Positions 60,822-64,000 of a DNA stretch of 64,000 bases are shown here, piece by piece (within the stretch, counting starts at the first letter, position 1; the number at the start of each line of letters is the position of its first letter). The stretch is taken from positions 51,398,001 through 51,462,000 of the forward strand of contig NC_043010.1 in NCBI RefSeq assembly GCF_006345805.1, written 5' to 3'. A model generated the notes under the pieces. That model had not been told where the DNA came from and did no database searches. It was given only the letters and a program-made list of their open reading frames with translations. The translations under genes were made by a program, and so were the position numbers. This DNA is from Octopus sinensis (Eukaryota).

Positions 60822-61613
60822 AGTCCGACAATTTCCATCATCCCTGTTCATATTGGGAAAGTTCATATCATGACAATCTCTTTGTTGTAGGTTAGGGCGC
60901 CCAGGAAATCCGCCCCGTTGGGCCATCATCATGCCACCACGTCCTCTTCGCGCAGAGCCCATTGCCATCATTTCCCTTTCATCAGCACCTGGGAAGTCCA
61001 TGTTTCCATCACGGTTTTTAGGAAACCCCATAGAATTAGGCCTGCAATCAGGAGGCATGCGGCCCTCTGGTCTGTTATCACCAGGGCCTTCGCTAAACTG
61101 TTCGCCTTCCTTGTCACCCCTAAAAGGTGGGCCCACACCTCCATCACGCATCATCATATCTCGGTATGGCGGCCCTGTGCCACTGCCGCCACTACCACCA
61201 ATACCACCACCACCACCTGGAGGACAAATACGCGGATTGAATTCAGGCCGTATATTTATTAACATTCTAGGTGGAGGAGGGGGATTCACACTGAATCCTG
61301 GCCCCGGTCCCATTCTTTGCATCTGTTGACCCCATTGGCCTTTAAATGGAGGTCTTTCAAACTGAGGTGGTCCTGGTGAAGGCTGTTGTTGACCACGATT
61401 TCTGAAGTTTGGACCTTGGTCACCAGATGGTTGCCCAGGGTCAAGCTGCCCCCAGTTATCATTCTTCATAGGCATCTTGTTTTGAAAATCTTGAGGTCCA
61501 TCTTTCAAATTGCGTTGTTCATTTGATGAACTATCAGAGTCCTGTTTGGGCCATTGTTGTCCATCTAATTTACCGGACCCTGCCTCACTTTTATCATCAT
61601 CTTTCCTTGGAAT
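60822..61613 (-). CDS. YLPM1: YLPM1 exon (IPRKDDDK...DDGNCRT), P/G/Q/M/R-rich low-complexity region, phase 0/0
   Basis: ORF 60762-61508 extends upstream without a stop to a ttttcag acceptor at 61614; donor GTAAGT at 60821; 792 nt. Confidence 0.85.
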
Positions 61614-61896
61614 CTGAAAAAGGAAGCAAAAAGCCTATTTTAACTAACTCAACACACAATAATTGCAGCTATTGTAGGAACATGTATTTCACAACTATTT
61701 TATCTTTCTTAAAAGCAACTGATCAATTGCAAAGTTAGATCTTTCTGAAAGGCAAATCAATCAATAAATTAGAATGGCCACAAGTATTACAACTGCCAGT
61801 GAATAATTGGCAAATCTAAAAGACAAAAACACTTTTAAAAAAGTAAAAAACTTATGCTACTTAGGTAGTGGCAATGATGGCTTAGTAGGTAATGTA

Positions 61897-62462
61897 TTGG
61901 GTTGTCCGGAAAGTTTGTGCCGATTTTTAAAGGAAAGAAAAAGGTCAATAATTACTTGCCATTACATTTTTAATCAATTAAATATGAACCATTTTGTTGC
62001 ACAATGTGTTTCCATCTTTCCTTTAACTAGAAAATACCCTCTTCCCAGAATTGAGGTGGTTTCATGGCAAAGAATTCATCAAGGTATCTTTTTACATCAT
62101 CGAAGGAATTGAAATTTTTACCATTAAGACTATTTTGCAGAGACCTGAATAAGTGAAAATCCGAAGGAGCAATATCTGGTGAATATGGAGGGTGGGGTAA
62201 CACATCCCACCTGAGCTGCAGCAATTTTTGTCTGGTTCCCAAAGCATCAAGTGCCGAAAATGAACTTTCTTATCTTCCATTTTAAAGGGTTACAGAATTA
62301 ACACAGGATATAGGAACATAAATCTTCTTCCATGAAATGACAGCTTAAACTGTGCTCTAAATGGAGGTGTAGTCAAATCCTATTTTATTGACTCAACTAT
62401 GTTCTAAATTAAATCGAAAGGTAAGCTACTATAAATTGGTACAAACTTTCCGGACAACTCAA
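61897..62462 (-). mobile_element. Internally deleted mariner with both TIRs and TA TSD
   Basis: TIRs ttgggttgtccggaaagtttgtgccgatttt and the reverse complement ttgagttgtccggaaagtttgtaccaattta; TA on both sides; N-terminal MEDKKVHFRHLMLWE fused to C-terminal VLPHPPYSPDIAPSDFHLF. Confidence 0.93.
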
Positions 62463-62569
62463 TAGAATGCAGACATTTGACATAGTTTAATTTAATTTTA
62501 CTTGCTTCAGTCTACTTAGCCAGTGAAAACATTGGGTATCAAGTACCAACTATCTATGAGAGAACTTTG

Positions 62570-63010
62570 TCATTTATCAACCTAGTGTTGCTGCTGTGCA
62601 CACTGGGACAACTCATCAATGCTGGATGGAAGCTTAGAGTTTCTGGAAACACTGCTTACCCGCTATCACATACAGTTCTACAAGAGTACAACGATATCCA
62701 AATTTGGTGTTTCTGTCACAAAGCAACCTATGCATTGATCTCAGAAATGAATATGAAGAGAGGAAGATGTCTCATTTTCAGTTTTCACAACAGAAATAAT
62801 CGTAAGATAAATACACATATATATAGTCTTGTTACAACTTCTGATAGATTTTATTCAGCTTTCAAGTTCAAATAGATGAAATGATCTTACCAGCAGACAA
62901 CCTAATAAAGAGTCAAGCAACACAATCCTTCAATTGAACAGACAATAGTGGAGATCTCTCTTTTCACATACCTACAGATGTCAGCAATCATGGACTTCCA
63001 TGCCAAAGTC
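62570..63010 (+). mobile_element. Possible highly degraded LINE APE-endonuclease remnant
   Basis: ISEMNMKRGRCLIFSF...HIYSLVTTSDRFYSAF and downstream IMDFHAKV loosely echo APE motifs (YAPT...EFY...GDFNAKVG). Confidence 0.3.
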
Positions 63011-63415
63011 TGAAGAGTCACAAGTTTACCTTGGCTAACGTACAGCAGCGGTCTCATGTTACTTTCTATCAGTTTATTTAGTTTATTTTGCTGGTCTGCT
63101 GACCCTGAAACTTACCGCCGAGGCACAGGGTCTATTTGATCCTAAAGCAGAGGGACTGGTTCACATGACAGCATGATATGTCCACACACAAGTGAGCTTG
63201 TGCAACATGTATAAGGAACCTCAAAGCCATGTGTATTTGAGCCACAGGATTATCTTCAGTAATTCAACCCATAACAAGAGCTCTTGACAGGTACAAGCAC
63301 CCCAAGCCAGAGCTGACCTGGAAGGTAACTATACCCTCCTAAACTCCTGACCTCCCAAGCTGGGGCCTCAACACAGGATGCAGCTTAATGTCTTGCCCTA
63401 GACAATACTGTAGAT

Positions 63416-63612
63416 CAGTGGTTTTCAACCAGGGTTCCGTGGAACCTTAGGGTTCCGCAAGAAGTTACAAAACTGCTAAAATCGGCAGTAATTTTTAATT
63501 CTCCTGTGCAGATATGTGTGCATAAGACTATTAAATTATTGCACACGGGTTCCTCGAGCCAGTGGAATGTTTCTTTGGGGTTCCGCTCCAGTAAAAAGGT
63601 TGAAAAGCACTG
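63416..63612. mobile_element. hAT-like MITE, 197 bp
   Basis: TIRs cagtggttttcaacc / ggttgaaaagcactg; perfect 8-bp TSD ctgtagat (63408-63415, 63613-63620). Confidence 0.9.
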
Positions 63613-64000
63613 CTGTAGATACTCAATCATTTATTCTCTTTCACTTGTCATGGAACAGCTTCAAGTCAAGCAAACATAAATAAAAGTGCTTTGGGACTGG
63701 ACCACAGTTGAAGTGAACAGACATCACAGCAAATGTCCATGCTATATGTTTCACCATACTGATTTTAGAGATGTACTGCATTGCTATAATCAGAGTATAT
63801 TTTTCTGTCTTTTACTAGATTGCATAAGCATTGACTTAGTGTAATATATATAGAACACATAAATTCCATTTCCAGATTAAAGGGTAAAGAGCCCCTTCAG
63901 TCATGAATGACCATAGGATTACACTTAGAAAGTTACCCTCCAATGCCTAAGTCCAGGCAAGGTTGTTTATGGAAGACCAGCAGCCTCCCTCCACTAATGT

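Noticed and set aside
60918-61329. Plus-strand ORFs overlapping YLPM1 exons (also 41319-41591, 41357-41575, 58582-58870)
   Set aside because: Antisense shadows of low-complexity coding exons; no independent splice or homology support.

Overview
AT-rich animal genomic DNA, dense in repeats. The SINE families and TA/CA microsatellites resemble octopus (coleoid cephalopod) sequence, which is an inference from pattern recall and was not checked. The only protein-coding gene I can support is the 3' part of a YLPM1 (ZAP3) orthologue on the minus strand. I reconstructed 13 exons by hand (61613 down to 22743, 964 aa plus stop), all with GT-AG boundaries and matching phases. They encode a long P/G/R/D/N low-complexity region, a P-loop kinase-like domain (GLPGSGKT) and the C-terminal KKR|VRW PP1-docking motif. 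The 5' exons lie beyond the window. A TE-poor, locally GC-rich zone at about 7.9-10.3 kb may be the promoter or first exon of a second, leftward gene. The rest is tRNA-derived SINEs with swappable tails, two mariner relics, hAT- and piggyBac-like MITEs, a non-autonomous Helitron, RTE and Tx1-like LINE fragments, and tandem repeats. The most interesting observations are: a SINE whose 3' tail matches the 3' end of a Tx1-like LINE in the same window; an 80-bp tandem array of hairpins grown inside a SINE; modular SINE head/tail shuffling; inverted SINE pairs in the YLPM1 pre-mRNA; and a candidate alternative last exon that would remove the PP1 motif. There is no CRISPR array, no rRNA, no true tRNA gene and no clearly new multi-gene system. 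All coordinates were hand-counted.
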